From contig NW_017804120.1 in NCBI RefSeq assembly GCF_001625305.1, forward strand, positions 291,553-355,552: a DNA stretch of 64,000 nucleotides, written 5' to 3'. Below the pieces are notes generated by a model. That model saw only the letters and a program-made list of their open reading frames with translations, made no database searches and was not told where the DNA came from. Position 1 is the first letter of the stretch, and the number at the start of each line of letters is the position of its first letter. The position numbers and the translations under genes are program-made. Below, piece after piece: positions 37,218 through 49,208 of the stretch. Origin of the DNA: Branchiostoma belcheri (lineage: Eukaryota).

Positions 37218-37547
37218 TTAATATCATTACTGTGAACAATTTAATAATTTGCCGACTTTCTTTTTGCTGCACCTGCTGCTACTTCCATTGTATAGTTGCG
37301 CAAACATGTCCATTTTTCTCAGACCACAAACTTTTGCTACCGCACACATACAGTCAGTACAGAATGTACAATAACTTGTACTTTTGAGATGCCTAAATGC
37401 CCAATATATAACTTATGTATAGTATATGTTTGACCTGTAATACATCAATTTTTTAACTTCCTTTAACATATTTCAACCCATCCTTAATACTGGTAGTAAT
37501 ACTTTCAACCTGCTTATTATTTTGACACCAAATTTGTTGTTTTCAGT

Positions 37548-38290
37548 TTTAAAAAACTTGCAGAACTTTCAGTAAAATGTATACAAGTTCAAGGTCTGCT
37601 GTGACTGAACATAGTCAGCCCATTTGTAACATGCATAAAATCCATGTAGGCTCAACATTAATGTATCACAAAATATCCTTTAAAACTCTTTAAACAGGGA
37701 CAACAACTCTCAAAAGTTTCAGTACAATATACAAGTTCAAGGACCGCTGTGACTGAACATACATGTAGTCAGCCCATTTGTAACATGCATGAAAATCCAT
37801 GTAGGCTCAACATTCATGTATGACAAAATATCCTTTAAACCTCTTTAAACAAGGACAACAACTCTCAAAAGTTTCTGTACAATATACAAGTTCAAGGACC
37901 GCTGTGACTGAACATAGTCAGCACATTTGTAACATGCATGAAAATCCATGTACTAGGCTCAACATTCATACATGACAAAATATCCTTTAAACATCTTTAA
38001 ACAGGGACAACAACTCTCAAAAGTTTCAGTACAATATACAAGTTCAAGGACCGCTGTGACTGAACATAGTCAGCACATTTGTAACATGCATAAAATCCAT
38101 GTAGGCTCAACATTAATGTATCACAAAATATCCTTTAAAACTCTTTAAACAGGGACAACAACTCTCAAAAGTTTCAGTACAATATACAAGTTCAAGGACC
38201 GCTGTGACTGAACATAGTCAGCACATTTGTAACATGCATAAAAATCCATGTAGGGCTCAACATTAATGTATGACAAAATATCCTCCAAAT
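37548..38290. repeat. Tandem array, about 5 units of roughly 148 bp.
   Basis: Repeated caactctcaaaagtttcagtacaatatacaagttcaaggaccgctgtgactgaacatagtcagcacatttgtaacatgcat.aaaatccatgtaggctcaacatt.atgta. Confidence 0.8.
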
Positions 38291-38445
38291 CTCTCAGGCA
38301 TAACTATCATTTTGAGGCTGTCAGAATTGTGACACATACACAAAATCAAGATCAGTGGAATTTTCACCATGCACTGTACTCCTAGAAGAGATATGCGCAT
38401 TTTGTATGATATTCTTCAGAGGAGGATTTGAGCTTATCGTTCTAA

Positions 38446-38922
38446 GGCCACAGCAAGTTATTTATATGGATGACATCATGATCAGCGCACGCATTAATTT
38501 TCGCCTGATTTTGGAAAAAAAAAACAAGAAATTTTCTTGCCTTCTGACAGTGGTCAACGTGCCGAAAATGGGCAAAGATGTCTTCTTTCTTCTCCTTGAT
38601 GCCCAATATCATGGTAATGATGTCTGTTGCCATGCCGGAAGGTGAATGGCAGATAACTAATAGTATAAAGAGAGGAGACAAGAAAAGGCTCTGATTTAAT
38701 GTTTTGTTTCTTACTTTGATGCAGTATTATGTGATGTTGGCTGTGTACATGTGATGTTCCCACTGAATCAAAACCATTTGTACAATGATTGAGTCAAATT
38801 TTTAAAATGTAGGAACCTTGTTTTTTTTTAGTGCCTTGTTTTTTTTTTGCCCACTCGCATTAGATTTGGAGTCTGCGGAGGATGTCATCCATAAAATTTA
38901 CTTGCTGTGGCCTAAGGAAGAC
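38446..38922 (+). mobile_element. MITE subfamily C', with GGCCACAGCAAGT termini.
   Basis: About 30-bp TIRs (ggccacagcaagt...atggatgacatc) with TAA flanks. Confidence 0.7.
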
Positions 38923-39909
38923 GGCCGCCTCTCTCTTACATGTACTGCATGACAGATAGCGCACAGAGATGGGCTTTAGTTATAAATGGCATGGATTTTG
39001 GACGGATTTTCAGTCTGTGAAAGGCAATGTATCCCCCCCGCTATCTCCTTATGGATGAGACCACTATCTCTTTCCCAATCATTCTTTATGTCACATCGAG
39101 TCATCAACGATGCCTCAGCCGGCTTTTAACACATTTAGGCATCTCAAAAGTACATTTCAAGTACATCCTTGAAATGGGGTTTCAGTTCTTTAATGGGCAA
39201 AAATGGGTTCTGGCAAAATTCAGCGTGGACAGAAAAAGCGTTTTTAGATCTAGGTTATACTTCAGCAGGATATAGTGGTAGACTGTTTTAGTGTGGAAAT
39301 TTTTTGTGAGGCGAACATTACTTAAAGTTACCCTATGCAATTTCAGGGCGGCAAGACTGGATTTCAGTTTTCAATTTCTTTTGATGTAGTAAGTTGAAAC
39401 AACCCTATCCCATAGCATACTAGTATCTGTGAGGCGAATATGCAATGTCGCTGACGGAAAACGGTTGCTTGTTTTGTATCCTAGGCTGGTTTTAGCTACA
39501 TGACTGTGTATTTATGGGTGGTACCAAAAAATGAAAGAACTTCTCATATAGCTTGTTTTGGGGCTATTTCAAATGTTTCTACTAGTAAAGTAGTAATATA
39601 CAGTATATGACATGACTATAAAAACATGCTAAGAAATGGCAGTATGGAGAAGATTACAAGAAAGAATATAAAAAATGAAGACTTTAGAGATATGTGAAAA
39701 TGTTTCAGCTGCAGATTGAATTACTACAAGTACATGTAGTATTTTGTCAAACCTGAAAATTTTTCAGTTTACTTGTGCAAAGTAATTTTCTCTGTGCAAA
39801 TTCAGCACACTAATTTAAAAGTTTCTGCAAAAACATCAACTTCAGATTACATACAGGTACATGTATACTAGTCAGATTTCTAGGCTCAACCATTTTTTTT
39901 CTTTTATTA

Positions 39910-40200
39910 GGCCACAGCAAGTAATTTTTATGGATGACATCAGCGCACGCATTAATTTTTGCCTGATTTTGAAAAAAAACAAACAAGAAATTTTGTTGCC
40001 TTCTGACAGTGATAAACATGCCGAAAATGCACAAATATGTCTGTTGCCATGCCGGAACGTGGATGGCAGATAACTGAAGAGAGTAGACAAGAAAAGGCTC
40101 TGATTTAATGTTTAAAATTTGTTTCCTACTTTGATGCAGTGATATGTGATGCTGGTTGTGTATAATAATCATGTAGTCATGTTGGTTGAGTGACAAGGCT
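39910..40200 (+). mobile_element. 5'-half fragment of a C' MITE.
   Basis: Left TIR and about 250 bp homologous to 38446-38700. No right TIR. The ORF-track ORFs here are artefacts. Confidence 0.5.
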
Positions 40201-40389
40201 GGGACTCACACATAAAACTTCTTGCTATAATGGACTATACCGACTCATCATCTGAACAGGTACGATATAATATGAAAATGGTGTATTGGACAAGTAACCC
40301 GTTTAAATGGTCAGAATACACTCCATTCAATACATAAAATATCAACAAGACCAGAATTTTTAGATATTATATTGTCCTTGGTTGCACAG

Positions 40390-40459
40390 GCTGAGGTGAC
40401 TGATTATGAAGATATGAGCTGTGAGATGGTCACAGAAATCATGACCTTAGGCTATTCAG
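40390..40459 (+). CDS. Coding exon, 70 nt, encoding AEVTDYEDMSCEMVTEIMTLGYS.
   Basis: Acceptor gttgcacag|g and donor ttcag|gtaaga. Only one open frame. The 1-nt carry matches the next exon exactly. Confidence 0.45.
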
Positions 40460-41024
40460 GTAAGATATTTTCCTTATGTTTGGGTGGTAGGATGTGTTAT
40501 GAGGTCACCAGGATTGTGTATTTCATGATTCCACATTAGCAAAATTAGAGTTAGCGCCCATCCTTTGGAGATAGAGAGAGGCCGGTATAGAAGGCTACCT
40601 GTATGTGAAAGAATTTGTAAATATTGTAGTGCAAAGGCTGTGGAAGACGAAATACACTTTATCTCAAATTGTTCCTTTCATAGCAACGCTCGAAATGAGT
40701 TACATGTAACTATTCAAACTTCTACAATTCATCCCAATTTTACTAAACTTACAGACAAAGAAAAAACTATTCTTCTTTTAACTTCCCAAAACCCACTAAT
40801 TTTAGAAAAGGTGGCACATTACGTCTTCCATAGTCTAAAAAAGAGAAGTCAAACCCCTTAGACATAGTTTTAGACATAGCTAGGGTATAGCTCTAGACAA
40901 CTACCTTTTATCATGTAGATTTTAGTTATTTTATACTACGTTTCATTTTTCTTTAAAAATTTATGTTTGTAATCTGCAATTAGCTCCCCGGGCATGAATT
41001 TGCAATAAACTTCTTCTTTCACAG

Positions 41025-41141
41025 AAGGAGTCCAGAAAATGGCAGGAAAGATCTTAGACTCATCAGTAGAGCTAGAGGAAGAGAGTGAATCAGATGAAGA
41101 CATGGAATTTGGGCTGTTTGATCAAGAAGGTTGGATGGCAG
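41025..41141 (+). CDS. Coding exon, 117 nt, encoding (E)GVQKMAGKILDSSVELEEESESDEDMEFGLFDQEGWMA.
   Basis: Acceptor ttctttcacag|a and donor ggcag|gtcagt. In frame with both the upstream exon (40390) and the downstream giant exon (42102). Confidence 0.5.
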
Positions 41142-42101
41142 GTCAGTAAAAAGACCTGGGAATAATTTCATGACGTTGGTAAAGTCACTTTAAGTTAGTA
41201 AAGAGACTCTTTCTACACAGCCAAGTGTTTTATTCAACCGACATTTCGGTGACCGTCTGTCACCTTCCTCAGGGCAATTCTGACTGGTTCACATTGCACT
41301 GCAGCACAGGTGTCACTGCTATAGAATTGCCAAATGTGCAATATTTACATATCTACACTGTACACATAATTATGCATGTTTACAGGGAACTGTATCTCTT
41401 ATTCTACTATGCGGTCCCAAAGGTACGGGAGTTGGATATATTATACAAAATTGTGGTCAGTGACTACATGTACAGTTCAATAACTATATGTCTTAAAATG
41501 TTTGCGGTTGATTTATTTTTAGAGTGACCTCTCGACCCTCGAGTCAAGACTCTGTGAATAAGTGCTTCCATCCAATGCATTTACAATCCCAAACTTAGAG
41601 CACTGTGAAAAAATCCCTTTCCTATTGCAAAATCAGATCCCCACAAAAATAAAGTAACCAATTTACGGTTTAATATTCAACTTTTCAGTGAATCTGGGTG
41701 TTGGACCAGAAAGTATCGTTTGAGTAAAGGAATAGAAATAGCAAGAAAGTTGATTAAAAAAGCAAAGTCCCTTACTCAAAATGATGCACCAATGAAGTGT
41801 CTTAATACAATCTTCAAACTCAGGCCATTTCTGTCTCATCAATAAACAGGGGACCAAAGAAAAAGACTCTTAGGCAATGCTAGTCTAAGAGTCACATGTT
41901 GTAACTGTCAAATTTGAGTCCCAAATCTCTGACCTTTATATTCTTCATTAAATAAAAAGTAGAAATACCAAAAAGGGACAGTTCTGCAATTGAATATAAT
42001 TTTAAAGTTTATTGCAAATTCATACCCGAGGGCTATAGATACTCTGTGAAGTGGCATTTTTCAAAGACACTAAATCTTGAATTTTTCTATTTCTTTAACA
42101 G

Positions 42102-44475
42102 CAGATGAGGAGAAAGAGATTCTTGCTAAGCCTGAGATGGAGAAAAAGAAGGTTGCTCTCCTAGAGAAATGCAGTCGGTTAGCATCACCTGTAATGTCAA
42201 GGTCAGCTGTGGCAACCTCTACAGCATACAGCCCAACATCACCCACAAAGTTAGTCGCGTATTCAGTATATTCCAAACCTTCACCACAAAAAATGGCACT
42301 AAAGAGGGCTGAGAAAGAACTGGAGGCACCGAGACCTGAAACTGATGAAGTGACTGTTGACGTGACTCTCAAAGCGTCCTTAGACGGAATACAGGCACGT
42401 GGCGATCGTCTCGAGGATCTAATCGAGAAATCGGATACTCTTAGCGCAGAAGCTCCAGTATTCTTTCAAGCTTCAACAGCCATTTCTGAAGAACTCTTTG
42501 CTGCTACAGCAGAACCAACGGTGCACGAAGCTACATTGGTTGAATCCAAGCCAGCCGTCCTCCGAAAATCTGGAAGAGCCCCACCCAAGGGAGCTCGTTT
42601 TGTCAGAGAGGTTGAACCAGAGCCAGTTTCTGAAGAAGTTGCACAGTCTGCACCCTCAGCCGCAAGTCGGTCAGCCCCTGCTTTTGGTTTCATACCTCCA
42701 GGCGCAAGCTTCGGTAAGAAATCTGCTGGGCTTGTTGGAGGTCCTCCTGGAACTACAGCTGAAGAGACTAAGACAAAAGAGGTTGCATTTGGTCAAGGGT
42801 TTGGTTCGGATGCTGTCAGTCAAGGTGCAGGTTTTGGTGCAACCCCATTTGGCGCACCCCCATTGGATGCAACCCCATTTGGTGCACCCCCATTTGGTGC
42901 ACCCCAATTTGGCGCACCCCAATTTGGTGCAGCTAAAACTAAGACACAAGAGGCTCAAAGGTTTGGTTCAGATGCTGTCAGTCAAGGTGCAGGCTTTGGT
43001 GCAACCCCATTTGGTGCACCCCCATTGGGTGCAACCCCATTTGGTGCACCCCTGTTTGGTGCAACCCCATTTGGCGCACCCCAATTTGGTGCAGCTAAAA
43101 TTAAGACACAAGAAGCTGCATTTGGTCAAGGGTTCAGTTCAAATGCTGTCAGTCGAGGTGCAGATGTTAGTACAACCCCATTTGGTGCAACATCATTTGG
43201 TGCAACCCCATCGATTGCAACCCCATTTGGTGGAACCCCATTTGCTTCAACCATAAGCCTTTTTGGCCACAGCACTACAGCAGCAAAGGAGCCAGAGGCT
43301 GCATTGTTTGGTTTCGCTTCCTCTGCCACCCCAAGTGGAGGAGGTGGATTCAGTTTTGGTTCCACGTCATCAGACATACCACTGAAAGATGAAGATAAGA
43401 GTTCAGTCCCAATTGATTCGTCAAAAGGATTGAAGTTTGGGGCCCCTCTTGAAGAGAAAGGAGGAACAACAGGCTTTAGGTTTGGTGGATCCAGTCAGGC
43501 AAAAATGATTCCACAGCAAGGTGGCTTCATCTCTCACCCACAGATGCAACAACAACAACAGGCTCAGAGCAATGTCCCTGATAGAGCTAGAATTCCAGGG
43601 AGGAAGGCACAATCAGCAAGGAAGACAACAGGTGGCAAGGCTTTGAGACCAGCTGCAGATAAGGTTGCATCAGACGGGGTAAAAGCTGACAGTTCCCCCG
43701 ACACTGTCGTCTTTATGGATGAGAGTGATAAAGCAAAAGAGACCAAGACCCCAACATCTGCAAAATCTCCTCTGAAAATGATTCCAGCTACATGTTGTAT
43801 GGTTTGCTATGATATGCCACCCCTCTACCAACAAGGATCCCCTCCTCCACCTGCCCCCTCCCGAGGACCCCCTCCTCTGCCACCCACCTCCCAACAAGAA
43901 CCCCCTCCTCCTCCACCCCCCTGCCCAGCAGGACCCCCTCTTCCAGCTGGTGCCCCTCCCCCACCCCCTCCTCAGTTCCGTAAATCGTTATTATTAGCTC
44001 TGAGTCAAGAAAAACTAAAAGGAAAGTCAGGCCAAAGCCCAACAGAGATGATACAACCCCCTCCCTCACGCGCTCCCCCACCCTCCATGGGGGGGAGACC
44101 CCCTCCCCCACCCTCTATGGGGAGGAGACCCCCTCCTCCTATGATGACAAGGGCTCCCCCACCCAACATGGCAAGGTTGAGAGTGGATGCTGATGCACTG
44201 TACGTGTATGGTCTGGGTGAAACAACCAAGAGAATGGGAGCACGAATTGGAGCACGAATTGGAGCACGTTCTCTCAAAAAAGCAGCAGAGCTACCAAAAG
44301 GAGAAGAAGAAGAACCGATGGAAGTTGAAGAAAGTCCTGCAATCTGCGGTGAACAGGTGGAAGAAGAATCAATGGATTTGAAGTTAAGAAAACTCAAGAA
44401 GAAGAAGGTCTTGGAACTCCGGGCCGAGTTTGAGAAGAAGTACGAATCTTTGCCTGTGGATGAAAGAGAGGAAAG
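42102..44475 (+). CDS. Giant coding exon of about 2.37 kb. Reading 5' to 3' it encodes a Ser/Ala/Pro-rich stretch, then three tandem roughly 57-aa FG repeats (GFGATPFGAPP...), poly-Gln, a Lys/Arg-rich stretch, long poly-proline tracts (PPPPPPPCPAGPPLPAGAPPPPPPQ; MGGRPPPPPSMGRRPPPP), a tandem ARIG repeat (ARIGARIGAR) and an acidic E/K tail.
   Basis: 812-codon open frame in the ORF track (42077..44515). Acceptor tttctttaacag|c at 42100-42101 and donor gaaag|gtatgta at 44476-44477. Frame is continuous with the 41025 exon. The repetitive amino-acid structure is read directly from the sequence. Confidence 0.7.
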
Positions 44476-44835
44476 GTATGTAAGGATAAATCCACAAAAT
44501 TATCATTCCAATTGAGTTTTTAAAAGTTTTGGATCATTGATCAAGAGGGATAACAATTTAACATCATGATGATTCAATGTTATCTGAAGCTTACTACAAT
44601 CATAATTACATTGGGTATTTTCATCATTTTAAGTCACAGGTGCCTGAAATGTGTTTTTTCTCTGTCTTTCAAGGGCAGTCAGTTGAGTAATCATGCATTA
44701 GAGTGTTCTGTCCATTTTTATATGCAAGTAGCATTATGATTGTTCTAGATAGCATAATACTTTTTTAGCCTTTTCATGTGGTAGTAACAAATGAAATGGT
44801 AGAGGTCGAATTGGAAATCAGAAAAAAATGGACAG

Positions 44836-44877
44836 GGCGAATCTGAGAAACTACAAATTAAATTGGTGTGGCCTTAA
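44836..44877 (+). mobile_element. Solo right-TIR fragment of an A' MITE, about 10 bp upstream of the acceptor of exon 44889.
   Basis: Sequence atctgagaaactacaaattaaattggtgtggcctta matches the A' right terminus. Confidence 0.45.
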
Positions 44878-44888
44878 CTTGATTCCAG

Positions 44889-44986
44889 GGATGGTAGGAG
44901 CAGTTTGCTAAACCAGATCATGAGGGGTACAAGTCTGAGAAGAGGTCCAGGTGCATATCATTCTGCCAGCTTTCATCCAACTTCAG
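44889..44986 (+). CDS. Candidate coding exon, 98 nt, encoding (R)DGRSSLLNQIMRGTSLRRGPGAYHSASFHPTS.
   Basis: Acceptor gattccag|g and donor cttcag|gtaggt. It takes the 2-nt carry from the giant exon and passes on a 1-nt carry. Open only in this frame. Confidence 0.4.
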
Positions 44987-45942
44987 GTAGGTTCAATGGA
45001 CCTATACCATTATTACGTCACAGTTTGTTTACCGCAATGAATGCTGGTCAATCGACGTTTATATTGTACAGGGGTGCTTAGGGTGGTGTCTGTTTGTGTA
45101 GCGTTAGCCTAATATAAGGCTTTTAATACAGTACTACTTTCGTCTTATGTCACAACTAAATCACCCATGCGGCATGTAATGCTGTGTCAACACAACTATA
45201 GACGCAGCAAAAATCAAATATACCTTACTTTGAAAACTTTGAAATGATCTTTATTCTTTAACTGACCGTTCTAGAATGTTCTTTAAACAGGTAAACAAAC
45301 TGTGACGTAATAATGGTATAGGTCCATTAAGGGTAATAATAATGACCCTCCCCAAGGTGTATAAGGTGTGACCTACATGTGCTATGATACAAAACCAGCA
45401 ACTGTTTCTGTCAGAGACATCACATTCTATGGAATATTGTTGTAGCTTCAATGTACTAACTTAATTAAACATCTAAAAATGAGCAGAAAATTGATCAGAA
45501 AATCTAGTTATACTGCATTGAAATAGGTTTCATTGTCTTTAAATGCAGATGTTTGAAGAAATACATTTAGAAATGACTGAAAAAAACTCACAAATAATCA
45601 ATCTAAGAGAAGTTCAATTTCTGAAATGGTCACGCGTACAGTATGTAATGACTACAATCTGAATTTTGAACCAGTCTCAAATCTGAGGCCTGTAACAATT
45701 CTTTAATATATTTTTAATATATAAGAATAGAAGTAAAATAGTTACTAGAAAATTGTTTCATCAGTGACAAGTTTTTGAAGGGTAAGAGTACTAACGAGGA
45801 CTTGTAGTCTGAAAATTTGGAGGTTAGTACTGACTTACCCTTCATAAACTTGTCACTGATGAAAGAATTTTTTAGTAACTGTAACTGTGACAAATGAATC
45901 TCTTCAATGGAAGTAAAAAGTTAAAATTGCTTTTTTCCCAAG

Positions 45943-46052
45943 ACTCTGCAGGTTACTTCAGTGGGACAGAAACTGTTGTAGTACCCATTGTGACTACAAG
46001 GGGGAGTGGCCTTACAGAGAAGACTGTTGACCAGCTCTTTGCCTTGCTGAAG
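45943..46052 (+). CDS. Candidate coding exon, 110 nt, encoding (D)SAGYFSGTETVVVPIVTTRGSGLTEKTVDQLFALLK. It may be a cassette exon together with 47285-47396.
   Basis: Acceptor gcttttttcccaag|a (alternative AG at 45950-45951) and donor ctgaag|gtatgta. Phase 1 to 0. Confidence 0.4.
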
Positions 46053-46548
46053 GTATGTAACATCTGTGTCCATAATATCACCAGGGTCCACAATATCACC
46101 ACCTTGAGAAACAGTGTGCTTAAAGATATTTTTACTGCAACATACTTTTGGTATGCACTCCTTCACACCTCAAATGTACATACCTAGGGTATGTTGCAGT
46201 AAAAATATCTTTAAGCACACTGTTTCTCAAGGTGGCGATATTATGGACCCTGGTGATATTATGGACAGAAATGTTAATGATTTTACATAATATTTTGTTG
46301 AAATAGTGAACCTACTAGTAAGTATCTCCAGTTTTTTTTTAGACAATGTGACAGGGAGACCATATATTATCATAGATCATTATGATATTTTTGAAGGTTT
46401 TCAATTATAAGTACTTTACAGTTTGCAACAAATTATCTTTATACCCCATGTATCTTTTCAATAATTATGAACATGGCTCGTATGGAAAAATATTGTGGTA
46501 GATGTCTAGTATATATGTACATGACATTGTATAAATTTAACCTTTATG

Positions 46549-46795
46549 CGCTCATAGTCCAGTGGTTAGCGACCCTGCCTCTATACCAAGAGGTTGGGAG
46601 TTCAAATCCCAGCTGTTGTTGCTCATGCACCCAACATGCACTAGCAGGCTGCTGGAAAGGGTTGTAGTCCTTAGGACGGGACATTAAGCCAATGGTCCAC
46701 TGTTCATTGTGCTTGCCAAAAACAGCAAGGGGAATTTCCCCCCGTACAATGAACCAAATACCAAAATAATGAAACAAAAATTTTGTGTACAGTGA
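46549..46795 (+). mobile_element. tRNA-derived SINE of a different family.
   Basis: tRNA-like head gcgctcatagtccagtggttagcg...gagttcaaatccc, then an A-rich tail. Confidence 0.5.
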
Positions 46796-46804
46796 TGTCT
46801 GTGT

Positions 46805-47112
46805 GGTGTAGTGGATAGAGCGTCCGACTGTCAAGCAAGGGGACCCAGGTTCAATCCCCAGGGTTGAACCCAGACATGTCCGGACATGCACCCAGACATT
46901 GTGCCCTTGGGAAAGGCAGTGTCTTAACATGCATTCAATCCCCCCTCAGTTAGAGGGATCCCAGGCCCTACTAGGGTTTGGGTTGGCGTTAGGAGAGCTG
47001 AACCAGCTGTAAAAATCCTGCTTCAAAAAAAGACTAAGTCTTGTACTTGGTGCAAGCATGTCTAACCCCCGGTTGGGGAAAATGATGTTAAATTCGGTTT
47101 TAAAAAAAAAAT
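46805..47112 (+). mobile_element. tRNA-derived SINE carrying the shared core domain and a poly-A tail.
   Basis: Head gtggtgtagtggatagagcg...ggttcaatcccc, then core cattgtgcccttgggaaaggca, ending in aaaaaaaaaa. Tail fragments of the same family occur at about 17540-17620 (+) and 48440-48515 (-). Confidence 0.6.
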
Positions 47113-47284
47113 TACTTGTAGCATCTCTCTTCTCGATCTCTGTCACAACCAGTGGGAGATTACTCTTCAGTGAGCTACAACTGTATCAAGATTCCCTTCC
47201 TTTCATCAACGTACAACATTTATAATTCTACTTCTAATGATAGCGTAGAGTTTTAACATGATGTTGCCCCCCTCCCCACCCCAG

Positions 47285-47396
47285 CATACTGACCAGGGTT
47301 CTTACTGGGAGTTCAGTCCAGAGCTGGACCAGCTGCTGGGTATTTCCAGTTCAACGTGTGTCCAGATATTCAACACTGCAGGCCTCAGGTCTCTCG
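47285..47396 (+). CDS. Candidate coding exon, 112 nt, encoding HTDQGSYWEFSPELDQLLGISSSTCVQIFNTAGLRSL.
   Basis: Acceptor cccctccccaccccag|c and donor ctctcg|gtaagc. Phase 0 to a 1-nt carry, which fits the 48186 exon. Confidence 0.4.
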
Positions 47397-47598
47397 GTAA
47401 GCCCATCTTCGTCATTACCAGGACCAAGCTAGCTATTTTTCACTTCACATAGCCCTATCAAGCATTGCTTTTTCTAAAATTGTGTTCAATGCCTGTGCCT
47501 TCATGAACTAAAGTGTCAGTAAAAGTCAGTAACTTCCGAAATGCTGACGCTTGGTTTTCAGTATTGCATGTACATGTAGTAGGACAGAAAAACTTTCT

Positions 47599-47670
47599 TC
47601 ACTCACTCGCTCACTCGCTCACTCACTCACTCACTCACTCACTCACTCACTCACTCACTCACTCACTCAC
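47599..47670. repeat. (CACT)n microsatellite, about 18 units.
   Basis: Repeated cactcactcgctcactcgctcactcactcactc... Confidence 0.95.
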
Positions 47671-48185
47671 TATCCATTTGGTTTGGTTAAAAAGCTTGAT
47701 GCCTGGTAAATTTCACTCTAGATCTGGGGTGGGCGAGCTTTTGAGACAGCCACAGGACACTTCAGCTTTCATAAATTGTTTTGAGTGTTGTTACATCAAA
47801 TTTCACATTTACCAATTCATGGGCCAAATACTGTCTCCTAGATGTACAAATTGCTAGTAACGTTACATGTTTGTACACATAGACCATTCACATACTACCG
47901 GTATGAGAAATAAAGATTTTGATACTCAAGTCAACTTTATTGCACAACAGTTACAGTTGCATCGGATACAATGCATGGAAAATAATACTTAATACTACTA
48001 GCTGTAAACTATTTCTACTAAGCCTACTAACTCACCTAACTTTATCAATCAATACTTGTACAACTTGATAACATGACGGAATATTACATTTCACATCTTG
48101 TGAGACAGTTTCTCTTTTAAATTATTAATTTGTATAAGATTTCTGAATGTAAAATTCAGTGATTTTCACCTGTTTTTGTATCCAG

Positions 48186-48361
48186 GTGCAAAGGTAGCCA
48201 AGCAGCTGTTGCAGCTGGTGGCCACCTTGCTGGTGCTGCAGCTGTTGATGCTGCACCTGCCGCAGCTGTTTCCCAGCTGCAGTAGCCTGCTGCACCTGGA
48301 TGTGATGCAGGTGGCTGCAGAATGGCGCAGCGCAGTGCAACAGGTGCTGGCATGGGCCAAG
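48186..48361 (+). CDS. Penultimate coding exon, 176 nt, encoding (G)AKVAKQLLQLVATLLVLQLLMLHLPQLFPSCSSLLHLDVMQVAAEWRSAVQQVLAWAK. It is CAG/CTG-rich and leucine-rich.
   Basis: Acceptor tttttgtatccag|g and donor gccaag|gtaggt. Open only in this frame (the + ORF 48176..48379). Accepts a 1-nt carry from either the 44889 or the 47285 exon. Confidence 0.5.
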
Positions 48362-48815
48362 GTAGGTGATAGCTTTTAGTATTATACAGCCCAGTGTCGT
48401 AACCAGCATCCATCTTTCCATCGTTTGACTGAATTTTGCTTTTATTTAAATCCAATTTTAACGTCATTTTCCCCCCAAACGGGGGTTAGACGTGCTTGCA
48501 TCAGATGCAGGTCTTTTTTTTTTGAGCAAGGTGGCAAATAAGCCAGTGGCTTATTCAATTGAGAATGATGTTTGTTTATTTGTTAATTTTGATTTTTCAC
48601 AAAGTGAAAGGGAGGGCAAAACATATGCACCTTTACAAGTCGCCCCTTCCTCAATACATACAAAAACACATACATGTATATTATACATCAAAATTTGCAT
48701 AGTCCATGACAAAAAGTATAAGAATACACAGAATAATCAATCAATGTAGAAGGTTAAGCATAATTCATAATTCAATGTTAACTCTAATTTTTTGCTTGTT
48801 GATGTTTACTCAATC

Positions 48816-48844
48816 TGTTTGTTTGTTTGTTTGTTTGTTTGTTG
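48816..48844. repeat. (GTTT)n microsatellite forming the polypyrimidine tract of the terminal-exon acceptor.
   Basis: 7 units, directly upstream of ttcccag|g at 48851. Confidence 0.9.
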
Positions 48845-48851
48845 TTCCCAG

Positions 48852-48962
48852 GGTGTTGACACCATGCACCCATCAGTGTACTCCAGGTTAGAGCTGGGGA
48901 AGAGTTGGGATGACCTGACCAAGAAGCTGATTGGTGTTGGTGTCTCTCTTGTACATGAATGA
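48852..48962 (+). CDS. Terminal coding exon encoding GVDTMHPSVYSRLELGKSWDDLTKKLIGVGVSLVHE, followed by a TGA stop at 48960-48962.
   Basis: Acceptor (gttt)n-gttgttcccag|g; 36 codons in phase 0, then a stop. AATAAA motifs lie about 220-250 nt downstream. Confidence 0.5.
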   Translation, partial: GVDTMHPSVYSRLELGKSWDDLTKKLIGVGVSLVHE

Positions 48963-49182
48963 AAATTCAAAAACAATTTGTACTTTTTATTATTATCATT
49001 AATAGTATGTATTATTGTTATTGGTTAGTTACTGTTCCTTTATTATCATTGCCATTATCATTATTTATTGTTTTTTACTGTTAGTATGTGACTGTTGTGT
49101 TTCGTTGTGTAAAACAGGGCCCCATTGAAAATAAGTGTAATCACTTAATGGGCCACCCTGTATAAAAATGACAGAAAATAAG

Positions 49183-49208
49183 AAATAAAATAAATGAAAA
49201 TAAATAAA
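49183..49208 (+). other. Cluster of AATAAA polyadenylation-signal motifs in the 3' UTR of the plus-strand gene.
   Basis: Sequence aataaaataaatgaaaataaataaaat downstream of the 48960 stop. No later plus-strand exon candidate found. Confidence 0.25.

Noticed and set aside
42498-43256. 252-aa alternative-frame plus-strand ORF and several 60-130-aa minus-strand ORFs inside the giant exon.
   Set aside because: Low-complexity repeat DNA stays open in several frames. Only the 812-codon frame links to the flanking exons through splice sites and encodes recognisable FG and polyproline motifs.
48156-48467. Minus-strand ORFs (103 aa, 98 aa, 64 aa) overlapping the 48186-48361 exon.
   Set aside because: They are antisense frames of a CAG/CTG-rich exon. 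The sense frame alone has flanking splice sites and continues to the terminal exon.
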